Below, one piece after another: positions 61,969-64,000 of a stretch of DNA of 64,000 nt. Under the pieces are notes generated by a model that was given only the letters and a program-made list of their open reading frames with translations, had not been told where the DNA came from and did no database searches. Position 1 is the first letter of the stretch; every line of letters starts with the position of its first letter. The stretch comes from Tolypothrix carrinoi HA7290-LM1 (lineage in GTDB: Bacteria > Cyanobacteriota > Cyanobacteriia > Cyanobacteriales > Nostocaceae). Where the stretch lies: NCBI GenBank assembly GCA_019358935.1, contig JAHHIK010000010.1, positions 1-64,000 on the forward strand, in the 5' to 3' direction. The translations under genes and the position numbers were made by a program.

Positions 61969-62255
61969 TACCAGGTTTCCTTTAGCAATGTGTGGGTTTG
62001 TAGTTCAACCAAAAATGGGTTAAGACTACTATCCTCATCAGCGTACACAGCATCTAACTGCTCTGTAATGCGTAGGCGTAGTCCGCCGTTCGCGGAGCGT
62101 CTCCGACAGGAGAAGGCATCGCTACGATGAGCTTTTAAGTATTCTTGGAGCGCTACAGCATACAGTTCGCTTCGAGATAGCCCCATTCGTTTTGCAAAGT
62201 TTTCCGCAGCTTCAAAAATAGTATCTGGGATTGAAATAGCTGTTTTCATCGCCAT
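61968..62255 (-). CDS. Ribbon-helix-helix antitoxin (ChpI/MazE-like) with 45-nt in-frame insert
   Basis: MKTAISIPD-IF-A-A-G-SRSELY RHH motif; ITEQLD-VY; C-terminal W. Confidence 0.8.
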   Translation of the reverse strand: MAMKTAISIPDTIFEAAENFAKRMGLSRSELYAVALQEYLKAHRSDAFSCRRRSANGGLRLRITEQLDAVYADEDSSLNPFLVELQTHTLLKETW

Positions 62256-62256
62256 A

Positions 62257-62274
62257 GTATAACTATAGTTATAC
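62257..62274. promoter_or_regulatory. Palindromic operator of the RHH antitoxin
   Basis: Perfect 18-bp palindrome GTATAACTATAGTTATAC immediately before the start codon. Confidence 0.65.
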
Positions 62275-62421
62275 CATGATGTTATCACTTATAATCAAAG
62301 GACTCAAATCTGTTTCGATCGCCAGTTGCCGATTTTCTTCGAGTTCTTCTGTGAATCATTGCAGCGATGTTTGACGACAAGATGGGAAACGTCTATGCAT
62401 CCTGTTTATTTGCCCGAAGTA

Positions 62422-63189
62422 TCAGAAATGAGCGACGTATCCACCATCAACCGCCAAAACCTGACCAGTGACGTACGATGCAGCTGGAGAAGCAAAGAAA
62501 ACAACAGCACCCGCAATTTCTTTTGGATCTCCCCAACGACCTAGAGAAGTTCGCTTAGAAAGCCAAGCAGCAACTTCTTTATCAGCAACCACGTCCATAT
62601 TACTCTCAGTTGCAAAAAAGCCCGGAGCAACAGCATTAACGGTTATTCCAAATTTTCCCAGTTCCGCAGCAAGAGTGCGAGTTAGTGATTCAAGTCCTCC
62701 CTTCGCCGTAGTATAAACAGCATCACCAGCATCGGCGATGGAACCTGCAATTGATGTTATGTTGATGATTCTACCCTCACCATTCTCGATCATCAACCGT
62801 GCTGCTTCCCGCGATAGATTGAAGGGAGCGATGAGATCGACATCGATCAGCCGACGCACTGCATCTAGTTCAAATTCAAAAAAATTACGGCGATCGCGCA
62901 TACCAACATTATTTACGAGGATATCGAGATGCCCGTGTTTTTGTTTGATTTCGCTGAACGCTTTTTGAATGGCTGTCTCCGAAGTAATATCTAACTGCAA
63001 TAGTGAGGCTGATCCGCCCATTGAGTGGATAGTTGCAACTGCACGATTGAGGCTTTCATGATTGCGCCCATTTACGAGAACAAAAGCACCAGCCTGAGCA
63101 AGTGCCTTGGCAATTTCCAGTCCTAGCCCTCGTCCCCCTCCAGTAACTAAGGCAGTTTTGCCATCCAATGAAAACTCAGATAGTGTCAC
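62422..63189 (-). CDS. Short-chain dehydrogenase (gluconate 5-dehydrogenase-like)
   Basis: TGGGRGLG, NNVG, YTTAK, NAVAPG. Confidence 0.92.
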   Translation of the reverse strand: MTLSEFSLDGKTALVTGGGRGLGLEIAKALAQAGAFVLVNGRNHESLNRAVATIHSMGGSASLLQLDITSETAIQKAFSEIKQKHGHLDILVNNVGMRDRRNFFEFELDAVRRLIDVDLIAPFNLSREAARLMIENGEGRIINITSIAGSIADAGDAVYTTAKGGLESLTRTLAAELGKFGITVNAVAPGFFATESNMDVVADKEVAAWLSKRTSLGRWGDPKEIAGAVVFFASPAASYVTGQVLAVDGGYVAHF

Positions 63190-63236
63190 AACACTTCCTT
63201 TTTAATTCTTAAAGGTGGGCAATGCCCACCCTACAA

Positions 63237-64000
<764 letters not shown>

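Overview
Chromosomal segment of a filamentous, probably heterocyst-forming cyanobacterium (Nostocales-like). The evidence is frequent HIP1 octamers (GCGATCGC), heptamer/octamer STRR arrays, many short palindromic MITE/SDR-type elements and typical gene content. Housekeeping genes include ftsE, hisS, sufR-sufBCDS and a partial fcl. Two regions stand out. (1) A ~16 kb catabolic-looking cluster (14.8-30.4 kb) is centred on a red chlorophyll catabolite reductase (RCCR)-like bilin reductase. It also encodes a cyclic amidohydrolase, a nitrilase-fold enzyme, an ALDH, a lipocalin-like DUF3598 protein, two paralogous alpha/beta-fold proteins, a DUF849 protein, a Rid protein, an HpcH aldolase, a reductase and an NmrA-like protein, with a TetR-controlled Rieske oxygenase nearby. 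Several of these enzymes have non-canonical active-site residues. I infer a possible undescribed tetrapyrrole (bilin/chlorophyll) breakdown and N-salvage pathway. (2) A translationally coupled P-loop ATPase plus a 2066-aa STAND-NTPase/TM/WD40 protein (53.5-61.0 kb) lies between a stacked toxin-antitoxin block and a deleted direct-repeat copy of that block, a candidate NLR-like defence island. Several small repeats are inserted into genes (sufD, an antitoxin, the RCCR 3' end, a hypothetical gene), three of them splitting HIP1 or HIP1-like sites. No rRNA, tRNA or CRISPR array was recognised. Functional calls come from motif recognition only; no database searches were run.
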